From Hyphomicrobiales bacterium (GTDB taxonomy: Bacteria > Pseudomonadota > Alphaproteobacteria > Rhizobiales > JAJFHR01), in assembly GCA_021775475.1 (NCBI GenBank), contig JAJFHS010000053.1, forward strand, positions 172,271 through 236,270: 64,000 nucleotides of DNA, given 5' to 3'. A program made the position numbers and the translations under genes. The notes beneath the pieces are model-generated. The model made no database searches. It was not told where the DNA came from and was given only the letters and a program-made list of their open reading frames with translations. Below are positions 47,932 through 55,302 of this stretch, one piece after another; positions within the stretch are counted from its first letter, which is position 1, and the number at the start of each line of letters is the position of its first letter.

Positions 47932-48783
47932 ATGGTTTTTGGATCTGTTCCCAAAATCCCCGTTGCCCGCCATGATCGTTCTGCCCAGATAGCTGATGAC
48001 ATTGATTTTGAAATCAAGGGCGCCGAAATGCAGTTTGTCGAAATCGAACTTGATCCCGGCGAAAGCGCCATTGCCGAAGCCGGTGCGATGATGTTCAAAC
48101 CTCCCAGTGTCACCATGGAAACCGTCTTTGGCGACGGCTCTGACCAATATCAGGGCGGCGGCATATTTGACAAACTCGTCGGTGCCGGCAAACGCCTGAT
48201 TACCGGCGAGAGCCTGTTCACCACTGTCTTCACCCACAACGGCAGCGGCAAAACCCACGTTGCTTTTGCCGCCCCTTATGCCGGGCATATTCTGGCCCTC
48301 AAACTGGATGAATATGACAATAAAATTATCTGTCAGAAAGATGCCTTCCTGTGTGCCGCACGCGGCGTTGCTTTGGGCATACATTTCCAGCAGAAAATTC
48401 TCACCGGGCTTTTTGGCGGTGAAGGTTTCATCATGCAATCGCTCGAAGGCGACGGCTGGGTGTTCATTCACATGGGCGGCACGGTGGTTGAGCGTGAACT
48501 GGCACCTGGCGAAGAACTTCATGTTGATACCGGCTGTGTGGCGGCGATGACGTCATCGGTCGATTTTGATCTTGAGCGTGCCGGCGGTATTAAATCGATG
48601 ATATTTGGCGGTGAAGGTATGTTTTTCGCCCGCCTCACCGGGCCGGGAAAAGTGTGGATACAAAGCCTGCCATTCTCGCGGCTGGCCGGTCGCATGCTGG
48701 CCGCAGGCCCGGGCGGCAGAGACGTGGGAGAAGGCTCGTTGTTGGGTCCCATTGGCGATATAATCGGTGGTAAAAAATTCTAA
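47932..48783 (+). CDS. AIM24/TIGR00266-family protein
   Basis: EIKGAEMQFVEIELDPGESAIAEAGAMM ... GEGFIMQSLEGDGWVFIHMGG pattern. AAGGAGG SD. Confidence 0.75.
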   Translation: MVFGSVPKIPVARHDRSAQIADDIDFEIKGAEMQFVEIELDPGESAIAEAGAMMFKPPSVTMETVFGDGSDQYQGGGIFDKLVGAGKRLITGESLFTTVFTHNGSGKTHVAFAAPYAGHILALKLDEYDNKIICQKDAFLCAARGVALGIHFQQKILTGLFGGEGFIMQSLEGDGWVFIHMGGTVVERELAPGEELHVDTGCVAAMTSSVDFDLERAGGIKSMIFGGEGMFFARLTGPGKVWIQSLPFSRLAGRMLAAGPGGRDVGEGSLLGPIGDIIGGKKF

Positions 48784-48801
48784 ACTCATAAGGAAAACTT
48801 A

Positions 48802-49410
48802 ATGATACTGCATTCCTCCGGCCCCTCACCTTTTGGCCGAAAAGTAAAAATCGCCGCCTATCATCTCGGATTGATGGATCGGATCACCATTGAGCAAACA
48901 GACGTCAACAATCCGGACCCCGGTTTTTATGACACAAACCCTCTGGGCAAAATTCCAGCGCTGGTTTTAGATGACAAACAGGTGCTTTTTGATTCCCGCG
49001 TTATCATTGAATACCTTGACAGTATCGCCACGTCGAACAGGATTTTCATACCCGATGGCCCCGCAAGGTTCAAAGACCTGACGTTAAGCGCGCTGGCTGA
49101 TGGCATGATGGATGCCAGTATTTTGCAGGTCTATGAGACCCGCAAACGCCCGCCGGAAGATCGCAGTCAGGACTGGCTCGATTTTCAGGCCGAAAAAGTT
49201 GCCCGCAGCCTCAAAACCCTCGAAGTTGATACGCCATCACTGCAAGACGGCATCACCATCGGTCATATAAGCCTGGCCTGCGCACTTGGATATCTCGATT
49301 TCAGGTTTAACGGCGACTGGCGAGCAGATCATCCAAAGCTGGTAAGCTGGCTCGATAGTTTTGCAGCTCACGTTCCGGGCTTCGATAAAACCCGCCCACC
49401 TGCGGCCTGA
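48802..49410 (+). CDS. glutathione S-transferase family protein
   Basis: Thioredoxin-like N-domain (SPFGRKVKIA ... NPLGKIPALV) plus a helical C-domain. Confidence 0.85.
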   Translation: MILHSSGPSPFGRKVKIAAYHLGLMDRITIEQTDVNNPDPGFYDTNPLGKIPALVLDDKQVLFDSRVIIEYLDSIATSNRIFIPDGPARFKDLTLSALADGMMDASILQVYETRKRPPEDRSQDWLDFQAEKVARSLKTLEVDTPSLQDGITIGHISLACALGYLDFRFNGDWRADHPKLVSWLDSFAAHVPGFDKTRPPAA

Positions 49411-49415
49411 CCCCC

Positions 49416-50060
49416 ATGCCTCCAGAACTGGTTATTTTTGATTGCGACGGTGTCCTCGTCGACAGTGAGGTTGCGTCCAACCAGGTGTTGGCAGACAATC
49501 TCGCTCGTTACGACCTGTCCGTGACTTTAGAGCAGTGTTTGGATCAATTTGTCGGCGGCACCATAGAAGGGGTTAGAACAAAAGCGCTGGATATGGGTGC
49601 TCAGCTACCATCCGACTGGATTGCTGAAATCTACGAAGAAATCTTTGCTAAACTCAGACAAGGCGTGCCGGTCATAGCGGGAATACCGGAAATTCTTGAT
49701 AACCTTGATGCCGTCAATACCGACTATTGTGTCGCCTCAAACGGCAGTGAAGAAAAAATGGTAATCACGCTCGGCCACACCGGTTTGCTGGCAAGATTTG
49801 AAAAATTCATGTTTTCTGCCCACAGCCTCGGCACCGCCAAGCCCGACCCGCACATGTTCCTCCACGCCGCCAAAACCTTCGACGTCAACCCCGGTGCCTG
49901 CATCGTCATTGAAGACAGCACCAGCGGGGTCAAAGCCGCCCGCCGCGCTAACATGAAGTGCTTTGGTTATGCCCCTCACAATGAGGGCCGCAAGCTGCAA
50001 CAGGAAGGCGCGGAGGTTTTTCATGATATGCGCGAATTGCCAGATCTGTTGAATTTGTAG
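49416..50060 (+). CDS. HAD-IA family hydrolase
   Basis: Motif I VIFDCDGVLVDSE. Motif II ASNG. Motif III/IV K...EDSTSG. Confidence 0.88.
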   Translation: MPPELVIFDCDGVLVDSEVASNQVLADNLARYDLSVTLEQCLDQFVGGTIEGVRTKALDMGAQLPSDWIAEIYEEIFAKLRQGVPVIAGIPEILDNLDAVNTDYCVASNGSEEKMVITLGHTGLLARFEKFMFSAHSLGTAKPDPHMFLHAAKTFDVNPGACIVIEDSTSGVKAARRANMKCFGYAPHNEGRKLQQEGAEVFHDMRELPDLLNL

Positions 50061-50061
50061 T

Positions 50062-50457
50062 TCAGGTGCCGTCCATCTGATAACTCACCACTTCAAATTC
50101 AACGCCATCACTGTCATCGAAATAAAACCGCCGCCCCGGCTCATAATCTGCATGTGAGTGAGTGGCAAATCCGGCAGCACGAACCCGCGCCTCAACCGCA
50201 TCAAGATCATCAACCACCACACCAATATGGTTGAGACCGCCGCGACTGTGATACGTGTCATAGGCAGGTTTTTCCGTATCATTTTCGGCATAAACAGCAA
50301 GATAAGTATCGTCCGATCCCACATGATAAGTCGTCCCGCCGTTCTTGGCATCGCCAAACCAGCGAATGTGCCAGTCAAACAGGGTGCACAGCAGGTTAGC
50401 CGTTTTCTCAGGATCACTGACGGTGATGTTTACATGTTCCACGGTAGATGGTGCCAT
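50062..50457 (-). CDS. VOC (glyoxalase/bleomycin-resistance/dioxygenase) family protein
   Basis: 131 aa. VEHVNITVSDPEKT ... GLNHIGVVVDDLD pattern. Divergent from soxR. Confidence 0.8.
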   Translation of the reverse strand: MAPSTVEHVNITVSDPEKTANLLCTLFDWHIRWFGDAKNGGTTYHVGSDDTYLAVYAENDTEKPAYDTYHSRGGLNHIGVVVDDLDAVEARVRAAGFATHSHADYEPGRRFYFDDSDGVEFEVVSYQMDGT

Positions 50458-50556
50458 TATGTTTTCCTTTATCAGGCAGGTTTTTCAATACGTTAGAACT
50501 TGATCAGGTGACATATATCAGGCGCGAAATTGACAAATTGATCAAAACATTGTCTC

Positions 50557-50587
50557 ATCGTAATTCCTTAACCTAACTTGAGGTCAA
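50557..50587 (-). promoter_or_regulatory. MerR-type promoter (TTGACC-N19-TACGAT) with a SoxR-box-like palindrome in the spacer
   Basis: On the minus strand, the -35 is TTGACC (50587..50582), the spacer is 19 nt, and the -10 is TACGAT (50562..50557). CCTTAACCTAACTTGAGG (50566-50583) matches the enteric SoxR box CCTCAAGTTAACTTGAGG at 15 of 18 positions. The promoter points at the VOC gene. Confidence 0.55.
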
Positions 50588-50622
50588 GATATATTTCAAA
50601 CTTCATATCGGGAATATCGACC

Positions 50623-51081
50623 ATGGCTCCACCTGCTATGCTCACCATCGGCCAACTGGCCCAACGCACCGGTCTGTCAATCTCGGCGATCCGTTATTAT
50701 GAAACCCAGGGACTGGTGACACCGGGTCGTAACGCGGGCGGCCAGCGACGGTTTCTGCGCTCCGACATTCGTAGATTGTCTTTCGTGCTGATTGCCCAGC
50801 AATTTGGCTTCACCATCGCCCAGATCAGTGAACAGCTTTTAATGTTGCGAGAAAGAAACGCACCAAACAAAGACGACTGGGCCCAGATCAGTGAAGGCTT
50901 TCGCCAAAAGCTAGATGAAAAAATCGAAACCCTGACCCGCCTGCGCGACCATCTTGATGGCTGCATCGGTTGTGGTTGTCTGTCATTGGAAAAATGCGCG
51001 CTCTACAACCCGCAAGACCGCGCCCGGACCCACGGAACCGGCCCGCGTTACCTCATGGGCAACCGGCCAGACGGTGTTTAA
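50623..51081 (+). CDS. soxR: redox-sensitive MerR-family activator SoxR
   Basis: MerR HTH (LTIGQLAQRTGLSISAIRYYE). Diagnostic [2Fe-2S] cluster motif CIGCGCLSLEKCALYNP. Start moved to ATG 50623. Confidence 0.9.
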   Translation: MAPPAMLTIGQLAQRTGLSISAIRYYETQGLVTPGRNAGGQRRFLRSDIRRLSFVLIAQQFGFTIAQISEQLLMLRERNAPNKDDWAQISEGFRQKLDEKIETLTRLRDHLDGCIGCGCLSLEKCALYNPQDRARTHGTGPRYLMGNRPDGV

Positions 51082-51348
51082 GCTGCATATTCCGCAACAG
51101 TCTTTTGGTTCCAGTTCAGACCAGAACCAGGAATATCAAGGGCGCTGGTCTGACCTTCAACGATTTTCAAAGGTGTCTGGTTGGTAGCACCTGCCACATC
51201 GAGCCATTCAAGCATCCGTCGCCACATCCAGCAACACCAGCGGAGCCGCCTCAATCGTTCCCGGTGCGGTTTTGTGCGGCTGGTCAAGCGGTGCTTTAAC
51301 GCAGCGAATGCGAAAGCTGTTTATTGTAGCAAGATCATCCCTGGTCAT
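51078..51348 (-). pseudogene. decayed enolase-superfamily (mandelate racemase / muconate-lactonizing enzyme) gene stub
   Basis: Own translation. The N-terminal 46 codons MTRDDLATINSFRIRCVKAPLDQPHKTAPGTIEAAPLVLLDVATDA* have the MR/MLE N-terminal pattern. In a shifted frame, ...LKIVEGQTSALDIPGSGLNWNQKTVAEYAA* has the family C-terminal pattern. The catalytic barrel between them is missing. Confidence 0.5.
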
Positions 51349-51362
51349 TTTCGATTCCCAAG

Positions 51363-51875
51363 TTAACTTTCACACCGCACATAAAGCATGGATTGCCTGC
51401 CCTTTTCCACATAAGCCTCATCCGCCACAAATCCCGCACGGGTGGAACAGCGGATGGCTGAAAGGTTGTCATCATCATGGGCGATGTGGAAGACGCGGTC
51501 TTGGGCCACAAGGTTCGGGCAGGTCTGAAGCACCAGCGCGTCCAGCATTTTTGAGCCTAGCTGGCGTCCGAGAAAATTTACATCCCCGATAAAGTAATCA
51601 ATACTGACACCGGCCATCCTGCGGATTGTAGCCGCGCCATAATCGGGAAAGGTGCGATTGAAATACCATTGCATATAGCCAAATGGCTGATCATCTTCTG
51701 TGGCGATCACGCAATTAACATCGCCACCCCCGCCAGCGCGGGGAGAAAACTTGTTCAACACCGTTTCAAGAGATATCCCGTCGCGCATATAGAAGGGCTT
51801 GAGATGAGGCGCGTTGAGCCAGCGGTAAAGAGTGGTAAAATCTGATTTTTCCAAAGGGCGTAAGTTTAGCTCCAT
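51363..51875 (-). CDS. GNAT family N-acetyltransferase
   Basis: LRPLEKSDFTTLYRWLNAPHLKPFY N-terminus. YFIGDVNFLGRQLGSKML acetyl-CoA region. Start moved to ATG 51875. Confidence 0.8.
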   Translation of the reverse strand: MELNLRPLEKSDFTTLYRWLNAPHLKPFYMRDGISLETVLNKFSPRAGGGGDVNCVIATEDDQPFGYMQWYFNRTFPDYGAATIRRMAGVSIDYFIGDVNFLGRQLGSKMLDALVLQTCPNLVAQDRVFHIAHDDDNLSAIRCSTRAGFVADEAYVEKGRQSMLYVRCES

Positions 51876-51918
51876 GCCCGGGATACTAATACCAAACCAG
51901 AGATTTGCAACTTTACAA

Positions 51919-52821
51919 TCAGGCGGGCTCAGGCCGCTCTTTATCCTTGATTTGTGTCCGCAACATATAGCGCCGGGCTTGGTTGTCAAACGGGTCACGA
52001 CGATGCAGGGTTGCGCGGTTATCCCACATTAATACATCACCCACCTGCCATTCGTGAGAATACGAAAGATGATCAGCCGTTGCATGCTGCCACAGATCAT
52101 CAAGCAACCGCTCGGATTGCGCCAAGGGTAGTCCTTCCACATAAGCATTGCGGCGGCGGCCCAGAAACAAAACCTCGCGGCCGGTTTCCCGGTGACGGCA
52201 AATGGCCGGATGAAAGGTTCCCGCACAGGTTACAGGGTCATCACTTTCAACCAACCCCTGACGCACATAGCCAGCAGAATTATAAGTGCCGTCGTGTTTG
52301 ATCCGTCGACCCTCAATTTCCCGCCTGAGGTTTGAGGGCAATTGATCAAGAGCATCATACATACCGGCAAGCCAGGTATTCCCGCCGGTGGGCGGAATTT
52401 CTATCGAATACAGCAGCGATGCCCGTGGCGGATTATCGAGATATGACATATCCGTGTGCCACGCAGCTTCACCCGCCCCCAGACTGCCAACCGCCTTGCC
52501 ATCACCTCCCTTGATGTTGGAAATTACATAAACTTCGGGAAATCCCTCAACCGCTGTCTTGCCCGCCTCATTGACCGGCGCTTCATCCAGGTTGCCAAAA
52601 AAGCGGCTGAAACGCACAAGGTCATGAGCTTCAAGCCTTTGCCCCCGAAACAAGAGCGCAGAGTGTTTAATGAACAACGCCTCAATCGTTGCGGCTTCAA
52701 TCTCGTCAACATTTTTAAGGTCAACACCCTGCACCTCAACGCCGAGGGATGGAGTTATGTTTCGAACAGTCCAATTGAATTTGTTAATATCGACCATTGT
52801 CGGCTCAAGGGCATTCATCAA
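51919..52821 (-). CDS. TauD/TfdA family Fe(II)/2OG dioxygenase
   Basis: HxD metal motif in AWHTDMSYLDNPP. C-terminal WDNRATLHRR. 300 aa. Confidence 0.88.
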   Translation of the reverse strand: MMNALEPTMVDINKFNWTVRNITPSLGVEVQGVDLKNVDEIEAATIEALFIKHSALLFRGQRLEAHDLVRFSRFFGNLDEAPVNEAGKTAVEGFPEVYVISNIKGGDGKAVGSLGAGEAAWHTDMSYLDNPPRASLLYSIEIPPTGGNTWLAGMYDALDQLPSNLRREIEGRRIKHDGTYNSAGYVRQGLVESDDPVTCAGTFHPAICRHRETGREVLFLGRRRNAYVEGLPLAQSERLLDDLWQHATADHLSYSHEWQVGDVLMWDNRATLHRRDPFDNQARRYMLRTQIKDKERPEPA

Positions 52822-52908
52822 CGCATCCTTCGAGTTGAGGCAAATTTGAATCCCACAAGGAATATAACAGGAAAATCTGCACTTCTGTCAGCAGGATGAC
52901 AATTCGGG

Positions 52909-53616
52909 TTATTCCCAGGTGCGGGGCAAAAAGTGTTCCAGGCGCTCGGCATCAATCACGTGAAGGTTTCGTCCTTTTTTCGAAATCAGCCCATCGGCCA
53001 TAAATCTGTTCAAAATCGAAGTGATGGTTGGCCGCCGCGAATTCAGCAGACTGGCCAGTTCTTCATGGGTGAGGCATACGGGCTGTCGCCTGCCGTCAAT
53101 TTTGTTTTCTGGATCACATCGCGACAAAGACAACAGCGAATGGGCAAGTCGTTGTTCAACATTTCGAGCGAGAAAATCGCCGACACGATGGTGAAAGTCA
53201 CTCATTCGATTGACCAGAAGCTCAACAACATAAATTCCAAAATCCGGGTTCTTTTTCAACAACTCTTGAAATTTTTCGCGCTTGATCCTGACAAGCTCCC
53301 CATCGGTTATGGCTATGGCTTCGGCATCGCGGACGGCTGAAGTAGCCAATGCCGTCAGCCCCATGAGACTATGGGAAAGGTGAAGGCGCAGCAGGCACTC
53401 ACCACCACTGGAGTTAATTAAAACCGACTTGGCCTGCCCCGACAACAAAAAGCAGATATCCTGTGCACTGTCACCCTGCCGGTAAATCGTTTCGCCTTTT
53501 ACAAAATCGAAAATGTGGCCATTCTCTACCAGAAGGCTAACCTGCTCTTCCAAAAGATTAGCGCCAATATCAATAAAACTGCCAATACTAAATTCGCGCA
53601 TAAACTTCCCATGCAA
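52909..53616 (-). CDS. Crp/Fnr family transcriptional regulator
   Basis: cNMP-binding beta-roll (GETIYRQGDSAQDICFLLSGQAK) and C-terminal HTH (LTHEELASLLNSRRPTITSILNRF). Confidence 0.88.
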   Translation of the reverse strand: MHGKFMREFSIGSFIDIGANLLEEQVSLLVENGHIFDFVKGETIYRQGDSAQDICFLLSGQAKSVLINSSGGECLLRLHLSHSLMGLTALATSAVRDAEAIAITDGELVRIKREKFQELLKKNPDFGIYVVELLVNRMSDFHHRVGDFLARNVEQRLAHSLLSLSRCDPENKIDGRRQPVCLTHEELASLLNSRRPTITSILNRFMADGLISKKGRNLHVIDAERLEHFLPRTWE

Positions 53617-53699
53617 AAACCAAACCGAAGGTCAACACCAACGCTATCGGGTTTCGGCCAATGGTCCAGGTCATAAATTCACAAACAAAACCAGTCCCC

Positions 53700-54296
53700 C
53701 TAAATCGGGATACCCTGTTTAAGCAGCTTGTCAATCAGCTGGCGGCGTAAAATGGCGCGGCTGTCACCACCACCATAGGTCAGCAGTCCCGAATTATAGG
53801 TCTTGCCGTAACTGAGCGCAAGATTGACGCTCTGGCCGATGCCTTTGATGAACTGGCGTGGATAAAGCTCACTCAGCGGATGAATGTACACCGACCACAG
53901 GAGTTTTTGCGCAATGGCGTAACGGGAATCGAGCGCGGTATCAAAATTTGCCTGGCTGATACGTTGCAATTCCTCCAGCGTCAGACCTTCGGCTGGACGT
54001 ATCGGCACCATAATGCGCATACGGTTGGCTTTTTCATCGGTGACAATGATCACGGTGTTTTTTTCAATTGTGAATTGCCACACACCGACCCGCAGGCTTT
54101 TTGCTTTTTTGTCCAGCAACTTGATGATTGCATCCATTTGCTTGATCGTCATGGTGCCTTCGCGTGCAACTTCTTCTGATTTTTGCGTTGGCGGCACAGC
54201 TGGTTTTTCTGACCCCTTGGGAGCATCGGTTTGCCCGTATGCTGCCGTTGCAAGACCCGCAACCAGCATAAAAATCAGGATAAGGCTTCGGCCCAT
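53700..54296 (-). CDS. exported CesT/YbjN-like domain protein, paralog B
   Basis: Signal peptide MGRSLILIFMLVAGLATAAYG-Q. C-terminal domain paralogous to 28134..28826. Start moved from 54470 to ATG 54296. Confidence 0.6.
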   Translation of the reverse strand: MGRSLILIFMLVAGLATAAYGQTDAPKGSEKPAVPPTQKSEEVAREGTMTIKQMDAIIKLLDKKAKSLRVGVWQFTIEKNTVIIVTDEKANRMRIMVPIRPAEGLTLEELQRISQANFDTALDSRYAIAQKLLWSVYIHPLSELYPRQFIKGIGQSVNLALSYGKTYNSGLLTYGGGDSRAILRRQLIDKLLKQGIPI

Positions 54297-54315
54297 AATG
54301 TATTCCTTTGATCTG

Positions 54316-54774
54316 TCATTTGGCGGATGATCGTCGTGCCCGCCATCCATCCAGCGACCAGTCATCGCGATTGCGCAATAACCACAAGGCAGCAAACCCC
54401 GCCCATGCGGCAACGGCGATGGACTGATTGCGATTGGTCGGAAATCCATTTGTGATAACAAACGGTGCAATCAGGTCGGAAAAGATAACCACGACCGTAA
54501 CACTGTGCATGATAAACCCCAGTGCGTAACTGATAATGCGCCACAGACCGACGGCAATCGCAACACTGATGGCTATTTGTAAGCCACCCATGACAAAGGG
54601 TAACGTGGTGCCAATATCGATACCGTGAAAATACCCCCACAGTTTTTGATATTGTACCGGTGCGAGAATCTTGTTGACCGCCCACACAAATAAAAACCAG
54701 GCAAGGCCTAAACGAAGAATCAACAGACCCAAAGGCTCCTGCCAATCCTGCCGGGGTGCGTCCGTATCCATCAT
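54316..54774 (-). CDS. DoxX-like small membrane protein (hypothetical)
   Basis: Four predicted TM helices. LGLLILRLGLAWFLFVWAVNKI resembles the DoxX-like N-terminus. Lies 19 nt upstream of paralog B. Confidence 0.4.
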   Translation of the reverse strand: MMDTDAPRQDWQEPLGLLILRLGLAWFLFVWAVNKILAPVQYQKLWGYFHGIDIGTTLPFVMGGLQIAISVAIAVGLWRIISYALGFIMHSVTVVVIFSDLIAPFVITNGFPTNRNQSIAVAAWAGFAALWLLRNRDDWSLDGWRARRSSAK

Positions 54775-54862
54775 TGCGGGTCCTGTGTGGTTAAGGTCCA
54801 GCGAATGGGACAGATTTTAGCGCGGCAGGTCAAATCATTGCTGATCACTGGTGTGTTACCAG

Positions 54863-55174
54863 CTACCCCAGCCGCGATTTCACATCCGCAGCGAAATCTT
54901 CATAGGCCCGAATGGATTTAACTTCGACCTGCACGTGATGTCCCATTTTCTTCATAATCGGCAAATCAAACAATATGCGATCAAGATCGTCAGGCGTATC
55001 AACCTTGACGATGGCTAAAACCTTGCGTTCACCCACTATTTTCCAAAGATCGACCACCACACCGGCAGCTTTTGCTCCCAGTGCTGCATCAGCTTCCTCC
55101 GCCCACACCTCAAACAGCCCCTGCTGAGCCATATCCGCATCATATTCAACTGTAAAATCGAGCTTGTAGAGCAT
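54863..55174 (-). CDS. muconolactone delta-isomerase-like protein
   Basis: 103 aa. ML.K.DFTV...DM ... LWKIVGE ... V.TPDDLDRILFDLPI pattern parallels CatC-type MIase. Confidence 0.5.
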   Translation of the reverse strand: MLYKLDFTVEYDADMAQQGLFEVWAEEADAALGAKAAGVVVDLWKIVGERKVLAIVKVDTPDDLDRILFDLPIMKKMGHHVQVEVKSIRAYEDFAADVKSRLG

Positions 55175-55302
55175 GTGTATGTTCCTTTTCTAACCAGAAT
55201 TACGTTGTGCGTCCGTGAGATTATAATCAGGTGATGATCTACCTGTCCATGGCACAACTCCAGGTAATTATATCCCTGACGCCCATCGCCAGCCAAACAC
55301 AG

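Noticed and set aside
47896-48522. 208-aa minus-strand ORF
   Set aside because: It is antisense to the AIM24/TIGR00266-family gene, which has a strong SD and a recognisable family pattern.
54297-54470. 58-codon N-terminal extension of paralog B, and analogous extensions at rpoD 2317-2418, DoxX 19653-19814, moaD 62391-62471 and GNAT 51876-51998
   Set aside because: In each case an internal ATG gives a canonical N-terminus (signal peptide or family-typical start). The extension overlaps the neighbouring gene or an intergenic promoter region.
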